Positions 9,569 to 20,243 are shown, counted from the stretch's first letter. The stretch: 64,000 nt of DNA from Candidatus Calditenuaceae archaeon (GCA_025058055.1 JANXEU010000007.1:379-64378), one strand, 5' to 3'. The notes: generated by a model from the letters alone, not told the origin. Numbers and translations: made by a program.

Positions 9569-11992
9569 ATGCCCGAAGGGGGAGTTAAACCCGGCGAGCA
9601 CCGAACCCAGATGAAATTTAAGTGGATTGGAAGACCCATGAAGAGGAAAGAGGACCTGAGGTTCCTGACCGGAAAGGGGCTATTCACCGACGATCTGAAG
9701 ATTCATAACGCGCTTCACGCAGTTATCCTGAGAAGTCCATATCCGCATGCGAGGATAAAATCTATCGATACCCTCAGAGCGGAGAAGCTTCCTGGCGTTC
9801 GGGCGGTTTTAATTGGGGCGCACTTGAAAGACCTCATCTCACCCTTTAGGCACCTCATCGACGTCCCACCTTACTACCCAATGGCGGTTGACAAGGTTCG
9901 ATACGTCGGAGAGCCGGTGGTGGCGCTGGCTGCAGAGGACAAATACACCGCGAGGGACGCTACCGAATTGATCGACATCGATTACGAGCCTCTGGATGCC
10001 GTGGTGGATGTGAAAGACGCCTTGAGGGAGGGCGCGCCGCTGGTTCACGAGGGGTACGAGCGGAACGTTGCTTGGCACAGGGAGTTCTCGTACGGAGACC
10101 CGGAGGAGGCTTTTTCGAGAGCTGAATGGGTAGTCCGTGGCACTTACAGATTCCACAGGTACAGTTCCACGCCTCTGGAGCCCTACGCTTGTGCGGTCCA
10201 CTTCGACCGAGGCACGGGTGTACTGACGGTCTGGGACCAAAACCAACAGGTAGGGCTTTACAGGGCTAGGTTCCCAGCGGCCATGAGAATGCCAGAGCAC
10301 TTGGTCAGACACATCACTTTGGACATAGGTGGAGGGTTTGGAAACAAGGTTATGTGTTACAGCACCTCTGCAATCGTTGCAGCGCTCGGTATTCTCACTG
10401 AAAGACCTGTGAAGTGGATGGCCGCAAGGAGCGAGGACATGTCACAAGTCCAGTCTGCCGACAGGCTTGCGGAGGTTGAGATGGCTCTCAGGAAGAACGG
10501 TGAGATTATCGGAATGAAGGTCAAGATATTTGAGAACATAGGAGCTTGGCTGAGACATCCTGAACCTCAGACCATAACGAGAGGGTTCTTCACCTTCACC
10601 GGTGCGTACAGGATCAGGGACCTATACATCGACGCGACGGCGGTGTTCACGAACAAGGCCCCAACTGTCCCAAATAGAGGCTACGGATGCCATCCGGCGT
10701 ATTTCCATCTCGAGCGCATGGTCGATAAGGCGGCCACGGAGCTGGGGATCGACGGAGCAGAACTGCGTCTCAGGAACTTCGTCCGACCCGAGGAGATGCC
10801 ATACACGACTCCCCTTGGCTGTGTTTACGACGGCGGTGACTACCCTGAGGCCCTGAAGCTGGTGATGGAGAAGATAGGTTACTGGGAGTTCAGGAGGAAA
10901 CAGCCGGATTATTGGGCGAAAGGCGTATACAAGGGGATCGGAGCGATCCTGATAGTTGAGCCGGCCTCAACACACGCCTCCGTGACCGCTCTCTGGGGGT
11001 CACCGATTCACCAAAGGTACGCGAGCACAAGTGAAGCTGCGATGGTAAGGGTTCACCCTACAGGCAAAGTCGTAGCGGCCTTAGGTACTGTTCCTCAGGG
11101 ACAGGGACACGAGACAGTGGTTGCACAGATAGTTGCAGACGTGTTATCTATAGACCCTGATGACGTAGAGGTCTTGCCGGGTTTCGACTCTCACACGCAC
11201 CCGTTCGGTGGTGAGTCGGGAACCTACGCGAGCAGATTCGCGGTCGTCGGAGCGGGTGCCGTATACGGAGCTGCAGTCGCCGTGAGGGAGAAGGCGCTCA
11301 GGATCGCTGCTAACCTCCTTGAGGTGAGGGCCGAGGACCTAGAGATGCAGGACGGTCGCATTTACGTCAAGGAGGATCCGAGCAGGTACGTCACTTTACG
11401 GGAGGTTGCCAGAGCAGCCTACCATCAGCTCGCCATGCTGCCGAAGGGCGAGGATCCCGGGCTCGAGGAGACATACACCTACAGGTTCCCTGTGGGCGAA
11501 CCGGCAGACGAGAAACTGAGATCGAACTACAGCTCATCATATGCATACATGGCGGGCGGCTGTATCGTGGAGGTAGACCCTGAGACTGGAAGCGTGAAGG
11601 TTGAGAGGCTGGTGATCGTGCACGACGCAGGCACCGTTCTGAACCCGCTGATCATGGACGGACAGGTTCACGGCGCTACGTACCATGGCATCGCAGGAGC
11701 GCTCCTGGAGGAGTTCGCGTACTCTCAGGACGGTTATCCTCTCGCTACGAACTTCGTCGACTACTTGGCACCAACTTCGGCAGACACACCAGACATGGAG
11801 GTGTACCACACCGAGCACCCCTCTCCCTTCTCGCCACTCGGGTCAAAGGGCAGTGGAGAGGGAACCACTATTCTGATGCCGCCACTGCTTGCATGTGCCG
11901 TTGAAGACGCCCTGAGGCCCTTCGCAGTCGAAGTGAACGAGCTCCCTCTCTCACCGCAAAGGTTGTGGAGCCTTATCGCCCGGCGGCGATGA
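9569..11992 (+). CDS. Xanthine dehydrogenase-family Mo subunit, HmfA (2-furoyl-CoA dehydrogenase)-like
   Basis: KEDLRFLTGKG, IGGGFGNK, LRHPEP, PNRGYG, QGQGHET, GTYASRF, KGSGEG. The family is secure; the HmfA-like subfamily is recalled similarity. Confidence 0.85.
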   Translation: MPEGGVKPGEHRTQMKFKWIGRPMKRKEDLRFLTGKGLFTDDLKIHNALHAVILRSPYPHARIKSIDTLRAEKLPGVRAVLIGAHLKDLISPFRHLIDVPPYYPMAVDKVRYVGEPVVALAAEDKYTARDATELIDIDYEPLDAVVDVKDALREGAPLVHEGYERNVAWHREFSYGDPEEAFSRAEWVVRGTYRFHRYSSTPLEPYACAVHFDRGTGVLTVWDQNQQVGLYRARFPAAMRMPEHLVRHITLDIGGGFGNKVMCYSTSAIVAALGILTERPVKWMAARSEDMSQVQSADRLAEVEMALRKNGEIIGMKVKIFENIGAWLRHPEPQTITRGFFTFTGAYRIRDLYIDATAVFTNKAPTVPNRGYGCHPAYFHLERMVDKAATELGIDGAELRLRNFVRPEEMPYTTPLGCVYDGGDYPEALKLVMEKIGYWEFRRKQPDYWAKGVYKGIGAILIVEPASTHASVTALWGSPIHQRYASTSEAAMVRVHPTGKVVAALGTVPQGQGHETVVAQIVADVLSIDPDDVEVLPGFDSHTHPFGGESGTYASRFAVVGAGAVYGAAVAVREKALRIAANLLEVRAEDLEMQDGRIYVKEDPSRYVTLREVARAAYHQLAMLPKGEDPGLEETYTYRFPVGEPADEKLRSNYSSSYAYMAGGCIVEVDPETGSVKVERLVIVHDAGTVLNPLIMDGQVHGATYHGIAGALLEEFAYSQDGYPLATNFVDYLAPTSADTPDMEVYHTEHPSPFSPLGSKGSGEGTTILMPPLLACAVEDALRPFAVEVNELPLSPQRLWSLIARRR

Positions 11993-12631
11993 AATTATCT
12001 CAATCAGGTCGGACCTCGTGAGTTTAACGTTGTAGAGGCTAGAGAACTTCCATAGCCCAAAGAGCTGTGCGGCTGGGGTCCTATCGGCTACACAGTCCAC
12101 AGGAACCACCACCCTGTAACCTCTGTGAAAGAGCCCAGACACTGTGTGATAGACGCAAGTAGTTGTCACGGCACCCGCAACAACTATCGTGGACCTTTCA
12201 GGCTTCAACCCGCGTGATTTGAGAGCTGCCTCCAATTCCGAGCTTAAGAAGGGATCGTAACAGTCCTTCTCAACTACAACGTCGGTTGGCGTGAGGTTCA
12301 GCTCGTCTACCAACTCGAACCCCCACTCACCTTTACGTGGATACGTCCTTGACTCTAGACCGGCGAACCTCGGATCCTTAGGATCGAAGTGAACTTTGGT
12401 GAAGAAGACCCACGCACCATGAGCTCGAAACACATCGAGAAGTCTTATGACGTTGGGTAGTATCTCTTGAGAAGTCTCAAGATATTTGCGACCTCGCGGA
12501 TGACAATATTCACGTTGAAGGTCCACTACGATTAAAGCGTCGGAACTTCTGTCGAGCTTAATCGCGACCGGTTCGGGAACGCTCCATTCCTCGGGAATGG
12601 ACATCAACGCGTTTTTGAACTTAGTGCGCAA
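11951..12631 (-). CDS. Isochorismatase-family cysteine hydrolase (amidase)
   Basis: Catalytic triad motifs VVDLQ (Asp), EKDCY (Lys), TTTCV (Cys). Confidence 0.85.
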   Translation of the reverse strand: MRTKFKNALMSIPEEWSVPEPVAIKLDRSSDALIVVDLQREYCHPRGRKYLETSQEILPNVIRLLDVFRAHGAWVFFTKVHFDPKDPRFAGLESRTYPRKGEWGFELVDELNLTPTDVVVEKDCYDPFLSSELEAALKSRGLKPERSTIVVAGAVTTTCVYHTVSGLFHRGYRVVVPVDCVADRTPAAQLFGLWKFSSLYNVKLTRSDLIEIISSPPGDKAPQPLR

Positions 12632-12646
12632 CTTAGATTCCCCACC

Positions 12647-13621
12647 TCAAAATATCAAACTGGTCCATCGTCTTAGAACCGAGACGAGCCCGTTTCTGAA
12701 AACGGAGAACAATATAACAAGCACCGCACCGTACACGCTGAGTGATATGGGTCCCAAATACCGAACATTTTCGTTGATGTACGTAAAGATAACAGAACCT
12801 ATAACGGGTCCCATGACAGATGCCAACCCGCCAAAAACCGCCATTACCTGAGAAAGGATGTCTATGCTCGCAAAAGAGTAGTAGATAGGAGCGACCAGCC
12901 CATTGAAGTATCCGTAGAGGGCTCCTGCTGCACCGATGACGAAACCAGATATCGAGGCTACAATCACCTTGACACGTGTAACGTTAATTCCGACGACCTC
13001 CGAGGCCAGCTCCTCGCTCTTTACAGCCTTCATTATAAGACCCCATCTGCTCCTTTCCAACAACCAGTACCTTACGACAATCCACAGAATCGCCAAAGAG
13101 ACCGCTATGAAGTAGTTCGTCAATTCCAAACCCAGTGTCGCTTCCAATGGGCCCAGGCTGAGGGTGGGTGGCCGAAAGCCTGTGTCACCTCCTGTGACGC
13201 TGACTAAACCAGTTACGACGTTCTCGAAGATGAGCTGAAAAGAGAGCGTTAGGATCGCAACGAAAGCGACTCCAAGCTTTCTGACGTTAGACACGTAGCT
13301 CAGACCCGCCGCGACTCCGGCCGACATCACCGAACCGATTACTATAGTAAGCCACTGACTCAACCCGAAGTGAAGGCTGAGCAAGCCGCTGACATAGGCT
13401 GAGATCCCCGCTAGCGCAGCGACGCAGAGGAAGAGCTGATTCGTTCCGCCGAACAGAAGCGCAAAGGAACCTGCGAACACGGTGAAGTACGCCATTTGAG
13501 TCAAAATCCTCCAGTAGTATCGTCCGGTGAAGACGAAAGGGAGAACTATCAGAACCGCGATGAGGGCTAGCAGCGCGTAAAACTTGAGACTGTCTGATGT
13601 CAGACCGGAGCTGGGTCGCAA
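12647..13621 (-). CDS. Branched-chain amino acid-type ABC transporter permease (LivM-like)
   Basis: Multi-TM; TGGDTG, SRWGLIMKAVKSEELASEVVGIN, FGGLASVMGPVIG. Confidence 0.88.
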   Translation of the reverse strand: MRPSSGLTSDSLKFYALLALIAVLIVLPFVFTGRYYWRILTQMAYFTVFAGSFALLFGGTNQLFLCVAALAGISAYVSGLLSLHFGLSQWLTIVIGSVMSAGVAAGLSYVSNVRKLGVAFVAILTLSFQLIFENVVTGLVSVTGGDTGFRPPTLSLGPLEATLGLELTNYFIAVSLAILWIVVRYWLLERSRWGLIMKAVKSEELASEVVGINVTRVKVIVASISGFVIGAAGALYGYFNGLVAPIYYSFASIDILSQVMAVFGGLASVMGPVIGSVIFTYINENVRYLGPISLSVYGAVLVILFSVFRNGLVSVLRRWTSLIF

Positions 13622-13632
13622 ATCCTCCTCCC

Positions 13633-14322
13633 CTACGGAGCCATTGGGAATTCCTGCACACCTTTCTCCCTGAAGACCTTCTCGAAACCGTAGATCTCGT
13701 ATGAAGTCTTGCCTTGGTCGTAGAGCCTCCTGCTCTCCCTCTCCCTCTCCTCCCTCTGCTTGGCTCGCTGCAAAACTTCCGCCGCTATCTCCCGAGGTAC
13801 AACCACTACACCGTCGTCGTCACCTACTATCACATCACCAGGTTTCACTAGGACTCCGCCGCAGATGACAGGCACGTTGATTGAACCCGGGTGCATCTTC
13901 GAGGACCCAATCGGGGAGACGTGTCGCGCGAACACTGGAAAACCCATCCTCCGGATCTCGGCAACATCTCTAACCGAACCGTCAACGACCACGCCGGCGA
14001 TGCCTTGACGCTTCGCCTGATAGCTCATCAAACCTCCCCACATGACGCCTAGAAGTCCGCTAGCGGCGATCACGATGACGTCACCTGGCTTGGCGAGGGC
14101 CATTGCTCTGTGCACCGTAACGTTGTCTGCGGGGTAACTGTTCACAGTGAGGGCAGGTCCAACCAGCTTAACGTCTTGTGCTATAGGCTTGATCTCAGGG
14201 TCCATAACGCACCTGTATTCCTTACTGATCGACTCGTAAACTGTTGAAGCCCCGAGGTCTTTGAAAGCATCTATTATCTCCCTCGGTAACTTAGGAAAAT
14301 CCCTGTAGACTATCGAGGTCAT
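13633..14322 (-). CDS. RraA-family HMG/CHA aldolase (LigK/GalC-like)
   Basis: GPALTV..PADN, WGGLMS, VDGSVRD, INVPVICGGVLVKPGDVIVGDDDGVVVVP. Start moved to ATG 14322. Confidence 0.85.
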   Translation of the reverse strand: MTSIVYRDFPKLPREIIDAFKDLGASTVYESISKEYRCVMDPEIKPIAQDVKLVGPALTVNSYPADNVTVHRAMALAKPGDVIVIAASGLLGVMWGGLMSYQAKRQGIAGVVVDGSVRDVAEIRRMGFPVFARHVSPIGSSKMHPGSINVPVICGGVLVKPGDVIVGDDDGVVVVPREIAAEVLQRAKQREERERESRRLYDQGKTSYEIYGFEKVFREKGVQEFPMAP

Positions 14323-14381
14323 CCTTATCCCGGAGGATGCCACCTGCTAATATATCTGATTCGCGTCTGTTTGAGAACGGT

Positions 14382-15275
14382 TCACTCGAACTCTCCGAGA
14401 ATCCCCTCGGGTCTGCTGAGGAGGACGACAGCAGCTGCCAACAACATTATCACCACGGACATGAAGGTGCCGACCAAGAAGCTCGCAACCATGTAAACTA
14501 TCCCCAGCAGAACACCCGATATGACCGTTCCCAGGATGCTTCTCACGCCGCCGACCACGCTGATCAACAGCGCGAGCACCGTAATCTCTATGCCAGACTC
14601 AGGCCCAATAGTGGCCGCCAACCCCCTCATTATGCCCGCAGCTCCAGCGAGGCCGCAACCCAGCACGAAGGTGATGAGCCTCATTCTGTCAATGGGGATG
14701 CCCGTAATCTCTGCTCCGGTCTCGTTCTGAGAGACTGCCCTTATGGCCTTACCTATTATCGTCGCCCTCAAGAGCGCTGCTAGAAGCATGAGCAACCCCA
14801 AGGATATGAGAGCGGAGAGGATCGCCGAAAACCGAAACGACATCCCCATAATCGTGATGGTCTGAACCTCGGGTCTGATAGAAAGGTAAACTGTCGGGAA
14901 CTGATTGGTGAAGTAGCCGTGAAGCAAAAGATAGAGGCCCAAAGTGATGAAGAGCCCGAGGAGCACGCGCTGCTCGCCCACGGACCTGAAGGCCGGCAGC
15001 AGAACCACCTTATAGACGAAGCCTCCGAAGGCGGCTGCGAGAGCAACACCTGCGAATGTTGCAGGGAAGACACCAATCGAGGGAATGAGCAGTGCCGCCG
15101 AGACGGAGGCGATCACCGCGAACTCGCCGTGTGAGATGTTGAGAATGTGAGCCTGACCGAATATCATTGTGATTCCGACAGCGACTAGTGCCAGCTGAAG
15201 CCCAAAAGTCACGCCGTCAACGATAATCACAGGCAGCTGCGAGATAAGGACAGCGGGGTTTTCTGCCACCATCAC
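14382..15275 (-). CDS. Branched-chain amino acid-type ABC transporter permease (LivH-like)
   Basis: ALVAVGITMIFG..ILNISHGE, GKAIRAVSQN, VVGGVRS, RPEGILG. Confidence 0.9.
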   Translation of the reverse strand: MMVAENPAVLISQLPVIIVDGVTFGLQLALVAVGITMIFGQAHILNISHGEFAVIASVSAALLIPSIGVFPATFAGVALAAAFGGFVYKVVLLPAFRSVGEQRVLLGLFITLGLYLLLHGYFTNQFPTVYLSIRPEVQTITIMGMSFRFSAILSALISLGLLMLLAALLRATIIGKAIRAVSQNETGAEITGIPIDRMRLITFVLGCGLAGAAGIMRGLAATIGPESGIEITVLALLISVVGGVRSILGTVISGVLLGIVYMVASFLVGTFMSVVIMLLAAAVVLLSRPEGILGEFE

Positions 15276-15997
15276 GATCCACCGAGATAGTTGGCTCTCA
15301 CCCGTGGGTCTTGAGTCAGCACACGTGCGTCGCCTTTCATAACCACACGCCCACCCTCAAGCACGTAGACGAGCTCGCAGACCTTGAGCACAAGAGTTAC
15401 CTTCTGCTCTACCAGCAGTATCGTGAGGTCCTCGTTAAGGTCGCTGAGAAGGCGAAGCGAGTTGAAAAGCTCCTCCGTCAATAGAGGCGCCAGACCAGTC
15501 GACGGTTCGTCCAGTAAAAGAAGTCGGGGAGAGGACATCAAAGCCCTTCCGATGGCGAGCATTTGTTGCTCTCCACCGCTGAGCGTTCCCGCCTTCTGGT
15601 TCAACCGCTCGCGCAACCTTGGGAACAAGGAGAAGACGTAATCGAGGTTCTTCTCTATCTGGTCCTTGGCACGCGCCGTGTACGCACCTAGCTCAAGGAT
15701 CTCCTTCACAGTCATTTTCGGGAAAAGTTCCTTCTCAGCAGGAACGTACGCAATCCCCATCTTGACCCTCTCGTACGCAGGTACACCGTTTAGCCGCTTC
15801 CCCTCGAGAATTACCTCGCCCTTCTTAGGTTGTATGAGGCCAGCAACGGCCCTCATGAGAGTGGTCTTTCCAGCTCCGTTAGGCCCAATAACTCCAACTC
15901 TCATCCTCCGCTCAGGGATCTCTAAGTTAACCCCCCAAAGGACCTGAAACTCACCGTAACCAGCCTCTAGACCCTTTACCTCTAGGTAGGCGGTCAA
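15272..15997 (-). CDS. ABC ATP-binding subunit (LivF-like)
   Basis: GPNGAGKTT, LSGGEQQMLAIGRALM, LLLDEPSTGLAP. Confidence 0.93.
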   Translation of the reverse strand: MTAYLEVKGLEAGYGEFQVLWGVNLEIPERRMRVGVIGPNGAGKTTLMRAVAGLIQPKKGEVILEGKRLNGVPAYERVKMGIAYVPAEKELFPKMTVKEILELGAYTARAKDQIEKNLDYVFSLFPRLRERLNQKAGTLSGGEQQMLAIGRALMSSPRLLLLDEPSTGLAPLLTEELFNSLRLLSDLNEDLTILLVEQKVTLVLKVCELVYVLEGGRVVMKGDARVLTQDPRVRANYLGGS

Positions 15998-16737
15998 ATC
16001 TCCACGCTCCTCCCGAGATATGCCTCGATTACCCTGCTGCTCTCCGCAATCTCAGACGGCGTACCCTCTGCTATGATCTCACCGAAATTCAGAACAACGA
16101 CCCTCTGCGCCAACCTCATTACAGCCCTGAGAAGGTGCTCTATCCAGAGAATCGTAACGCCGCTCTCCTCGTTCACCCTCCTCAACAGCTTTACAGCCTC
16201 GTCCACTTCAGAGGGGTTTAACCCGCTCATGTACTCGTCAACGAGAAGGAGTTTCGGCTGCTGGACGAGGGCCCTCGCGAGTTCGACGGACTTCTTCTCC
16301 TGCAGGTTCAGCTTCTTCACCTCGATGTCCGCTTTACTCTCCAAACCCAAGAACCTCAGGACCTCCTCGGCTATACTTGTAGCGTCGGGCACCCCTCGTG
16401 CTCTCCCGCTCCCTATCGCGCCCACAGCGACGTTCTCTATGACCGTCATGTCACCGAAGGGCCGTGGAATTTGGAAGGTCCTCGACATCCCTAAACGCGC
16501 TCTCTCATAGGGCGGCAGTTTAGTGACGTCCCGACCGTAAAAGACTACTCTACCTGACGTGGGTGGGTAGAGGCCGTTGATCACGTTGAAGAGGGTTGTT
16601 TTCCCCGCCCCGTTAGGCCCTATTATCGCGAGAATCTCACCTTCCGATACGGAGAACGAGACGTTCTTCAGCGCCGGCAACCCACCAAAGCGCTTGCTGA
16701 CCTGATCTAAGGAGAGCGCGACAGGCCGACGATCCAT
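15994..16737 (-). CDS. ABC ATP-binding subunit (LivG-like)
   Basis: FGGLPAL, GPNGAGKTTLFN, RTFQ, VIEAYLG. Confidence 0.93.
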   Translation of the reverse strand: MDRRPVALSLDQVSKRFGGLPALKNVSFSVSEGEILAIIGPNGAGKTTLFNVINGLYPPTSGRVVFYGRDVTKLPPYERARLGMSRTFQIPRPFGDMTVIENVAVGAIGSGRARGVPDATSIAEEVLRFLGLESKADIEVKKLNLQEKKSVELARALVQQPKLLLVDEYMSGLNPSEVDEAVKLLRRVNEESGVTILWIEHLLRAVMRLAQRVVVLNFGEIIAEGTPSEIAESSRVIEAYLGRSVEI

Positions 16738-16937
16738 TCTTCCACTGCATACTTTTGAATGATATTTAAATGTATAACATCAGGTACCTAAGTAAGGGAA
16801 AGTCGTGCGGTGAAGGTCTTTCACGTCGTCCGAGGAGAAGTCGGTTAATACCGCGTGAAAAACGCGGCACGGCCCCTCGATTCGCCTAAAAAGATATAAA
16901 AGGGGTGCTGTCTTTCTGCGGCCAGAGTAGGCAAGAA

Positions 16938-18857
16938 ATGGCGCGACACAGCCGCGACCTGAAGGACATGTACGAGTGGGCTGAATCGGACTACTTAGGG
17001 TTCTGGAAGAGCTTCGCTTCAAACGTGGACTGGTTCAGCAAATGGGACGAGGAGTTCTCTTGGGATCGAGAGGAGCACAAGTTCGAATGGTTCCGCGGCG
17101 CACAGACTAATTTATGCTATAACTGCGTCGATAGACATGCCACCGATCCGGAGCTCAGATGGAAACCCGCAATAGTGTGGTGGTCTGAGGGTGCCTCTTC
17201 GAGGAGGGCAATAACCTATTGCGAGTTGTTGGATAGGGTCAGCAGATTCGCCGCTGTTTTGAGGGACAGCGACGTGAAAAGAGGGGACAGGGTAGGGATC
17301 TACATGTCAATGGTGCCTGAGGCCCTGATAGCCATGCTCGCAGCGGTCCGAATTGGGGCGATCCACGTGAACTTCTTCTCCGGCTTGGGAGTGGAATCCG
17401 TTGCGAAGAGGGTCTCTGAGGTCTCACCGAAGATCATGATTGCATTGGACGTGGCCTATCGGCGCGGAAGAGAAATTCAACTCAAAAGTACGCTAGATGA
17501 AGCGCTAGAACTCTCAGGTCATCGTTGCAAGGTGCTCCTCTTTGAACGCAGGCCTGAAGGTGAACCACGCTTGGTGAACGGCGACGAGCGCCTCAGGCCG
17601 ACCACCCTCTCAGACGCGAGTGATCGCGACCGCGTCGAATGCTCGAAGATGGAGTCCAACGAACCAGCTTTCATCAACTTCACCTCTGGCACTACTGGAC
17701 GACCTAAGGGAGTAGTCCATGTTCACGGCGGTTTTCAAGTTGGAATGCCTGCGGCTACGCACATGACGTGCGGTATGAGAGCAGAAGACGTCAGCTTCTG
17801 TCTGGCAGACATAGGATGGATCGGAGGTACTGCTTATGCGGTTTACGCGCCTTTGTTTTTCGGGAGCACTACCGTGCTTTATGAGGGAGCGATCGATTAC
17901 CCGACATCCGACGTCCTTTGGAAGATCGTAGAGGCCGAGCGCGTCACTCTCATGTGGACCTCGCCCACCGCGATGAGATTGCTGATGAAGCACGGCCCTG
18001 AACCGGCAAGGAAACACGACATCACAAGCCTGCGATATGTCCTCTGTGGAGGCGAAGTCCTAACATCACCCGTTAGGAAATGGTTCGAGGAGAACGTTTT
18101 ACCTGAGGGAACGGTGCTCATCGATCACATGGGACAGACCGAGGCAGGATGTATGATGATAACTTACCCATTTGGGCTTGCGAGCGACCTGATCATTAAA
18201 CCCGGTGCTTGTGGCTTCCCGCTGCCCGGGATGATCGTGAGAGTCGTCGGTGAGGACGGAAAGCCCGTGCCGGTGGGGGTGAAAGGTGAGATGGTCGTCG
18301 AGAAGCCATTCCCAAGTCTTACGCCGACCGTCTGGGGCGACCACTCGAGATACGTTGAGGATTACTGGAGCAAATACCCTGGAAGGTACAGAGTGGGCGA
18401 TATGGCGTACGTCGATGCGGATGGTTACGTCTACTTGTTGGGTAGGGCTGATGAGACGCTCAAGGTCTCGGGACATAGGATTGGTGCGCCTGAGCTCGAG
18501 ACGGTTATTTCAGAGCTGCCAGAGGTCGCTGAGGTGGCTGTCGTTGGGGTCCCTGATGAAGTCAAAGGCGAGGTAGCCGTAGCCTACGTCGTTCTGAGGC
18601 AGGGCAAATCCCCCTCTAAGGATCTGACTGATGCCATCGCTACAGAGGTAAAGAGAAAGTACGGCGCGATCGCCGATGTCAGATATGTCGTGTTCGTGAG
18701 CTCCCTACCGAAGACACGGACCGGTAAGATAATGAGACACCTTCTCAAGGCCATCGCCCGAAGAACGGAGCTCCCCGATTACTCGAACATAGAGGAGGAG
18801 TCCATCGTCGCAGAGTTAGTGGCTAAAACGAATGAAGCGCTACAGAATGGGAAATGA
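16938..18857 (+). CDS. AMP-forming acyl-CoA synthetase (Acs-like, altered acyl pocket)
   Basis: TNLCYNCVDRH, FTSGTTGRPKG, ADIGWI, GQTEAG, LPKTRTGKIMR. ATG 16938 chosen because a GATATAAA box lies at about 16893. Confidence 0.88.
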   Translation: MARHSRDLKDMYEWAESDYLGFWKSFASNVDWFSKWDEEFSWDREEHKFEWFRGAQTNLCYNCVDRHATDPELRWKPAIVWWSEGASSRRAITYCELLDRVSRFAAVLRDSDVKRGDRVGIYMSMVPEALIAMLAAVRIGAIHVNFFSGLGVESVAKRVSEVSPKIMIALDVAYRRGREIQLKSTLDEALELSGHRCKVLLFERRPEGEPRLVNGDERLRPTTLSDASDRDRVECSKMESNEPAFINFTSGTTGRPKGVVHVHGGFQVGMPAATHMTCGMRAEDVSFCLADIGWIGGTAYAVYAPLFFGSTTVLYEGAIDYPTSDVLWKIVEAERVTLMWTSPTAMRLLMKHGPEPARKHDITSLRYVLCGGEVLTSPVRKWFEENVLPEGTVLIDHMGQTEAGCMMITYPFGLASDLIIKPGACGFPLPGMIVRVVGEDGKPVPVGVKGEMVVEKPFPSLTPTVWGDHSRYVEDYWSKYPGRYRVGDMAYVDADGYVYLLGRADETLKVSGHRIGAPELETVISELPEVAEVAVVGVPDEVKGEVAVAYVVLRQGKSPSKDLTDAIATEVKRKYGAIADVRYVVFVSSLPKTRTGKIMRHLLKAIARRTELPDYSNIEEESIVAELVAKTNEALQNGK

Positions 18858-19127
18858 ATTCGTTTACAGCTCAAGGTATGATAGTGCGTTGAACCATAGA
18901 AACGTCGAGCGATCTCAAGCATGGTTTAATGAGCTTCTGCCTTCGGACATACCTCACGTTCGTGATCGCCCAGAGCCTAGACCCGAGAAGTTTTCTTCTC
19001 CTGTTGATGAATCCGTCGACGTCCCTTACGCGCTATCCAATTTCAGATTGAGAACCTGATTGTGTCATTGCACGCCTATCCGATTCAACACGTTGATATA
19101 AAGCAAGTTAGGTTTGCTCTTAATGGC

Positions 19128-20078
19128 ATGAGGATACTAATCACAGGGACAGGTTTCATAGCGAGCTATGTGGCTAAGAAGCTCCTCGATACGGGCGATG
19201 AGGTCACGCTTTACGGCTATTTCGAGAACCCACAGGCTATGGCTAACGTGATCGGCGACTTGGAGAAGGTCGGGAGAGTTAAGGGCGACGTGCTCGAGAC
19301 AGATCATCTGATTCGTACAGTGAAGGAGCGGGAGGTGGATGCTATAGTACACACCGCTGCAGTACTTATCGCTGGTGCGAGGGAGAACCCCTTCAACGCG
19401 GTTAAGGTTAACGTGCTTGGAACGGCATCGGTTCTAGAGGCCGCTCGAACGACTGATGCCAAGAAGGTGGTGTACACGAGCTCCGGAAACGTCTATTCTA
19501 TGTTGAACCCGTTCATCAAATATCTTCCACCCGAAGGCGGCCTCGTTAAGGAAGACGACCAGACAATACCCGGGAGCGTTTACGGAACCACGAAACTCGC
19601 AAGCGAACTCTTAGGCTTGAACCACTCGCAGATATACGGAATCGACTTCGTGGCCCTCAGGCTTCCAACAGTCTACGGCGGCTGGCTTGGTGCCATGGGA
19701 CTAGCCAGCGTCGTGAGGGATATGTGCAGGGCCGCGCTGAGATCTGAACCTTTGACGGTTGAAGAGTACAAGAGCGAATGGTTGCATGTGAAGGATGCAG
19801 CGCTTGCCTGTCAACTCGCCGTTCACTCTAAGAACCTCAAGAACAGAATATTCAATATCGGTACCGCGAAAATAAACTCACTTCGCGAGGCACTTGACGC
19901 GATCTCCGAAGAGCTGAAAAGACCGATCAACAACATAACGATCAAGGAGGTCCAGCGACCGCTTAGGTATCCGGTGGATATAAGCAGGGCGAGGGAGGAG
20001 TTGGGGTTCGAGCCTCAATTCGACTTCAAGTCCGGTGTGATAGATGTCTTGAAGTGGGTACGTTCCTACTACGTCTGA
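19128..20078 (+). CDS. NAD-dependent epimerase/dehydratase (extended SDR)
   Basis: MRILITGTGFIAS, YTSS, YGTTK catalytic motif. Start moved to ATG 19128. Confidence 0.88.
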   Translation: MRILITGTGFIASYVAKKLLDTGDEVTLYGYFENPQAMANVIGDLEKVGRVKGDVLETDHLIRTVKEREVDAIVHTAAVLIAGARENPFNAVKVNVLGTASVLEAARTTDAKKVVYTSSGNVYSMLNPFIKYLPPEGGLVKEDDQTIPGSVYGTTKLASELLGLNHSQIYGIDFVALRLPTVYGGWLGAMGLASVVRDMCRAALRSEPLTVEEYKSEWLHVKDAALACQLAVHSKNLKNRIFNIGTAKINSLREALDAISEELKRPINNITIKEVQRPLRYPVDISRAREELGFEPQFDFKSGVIDVLKWVRSYYV

Positions 20079-20203
20079 CTCCTCTTTCTAAAGGGCTGAA
20101 CGCAGAGCGTCAATCTCCGAACAAGAGGGCACGAATGGAAAGACTTCTAATTACACTCCGATAATCAAGAGGTTTAACGTTGCACCGCGATTAAGGGTCA
20201 ATA

Positions 20204-20211
20204 TTTATATA
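20204..20211 (+). promoter_or_regulatory. Putative TATA box for the ligB-ligA-thioesterase unit
   Basis: TTTATATA 33-40 nt upstream of ATG 20244, in an AT-rich gap. Confidence 0.5.
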
Positions 20212-20243
20212 TAAATGAATGCCATATGAATCTCGAGACGACC

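Noticed and set aside
19004-19059. Second box C/D RNA (TGATGA...CTGA)
   Set aside because: No convincing internal D'/C' pair or recognisable rRNA complement.
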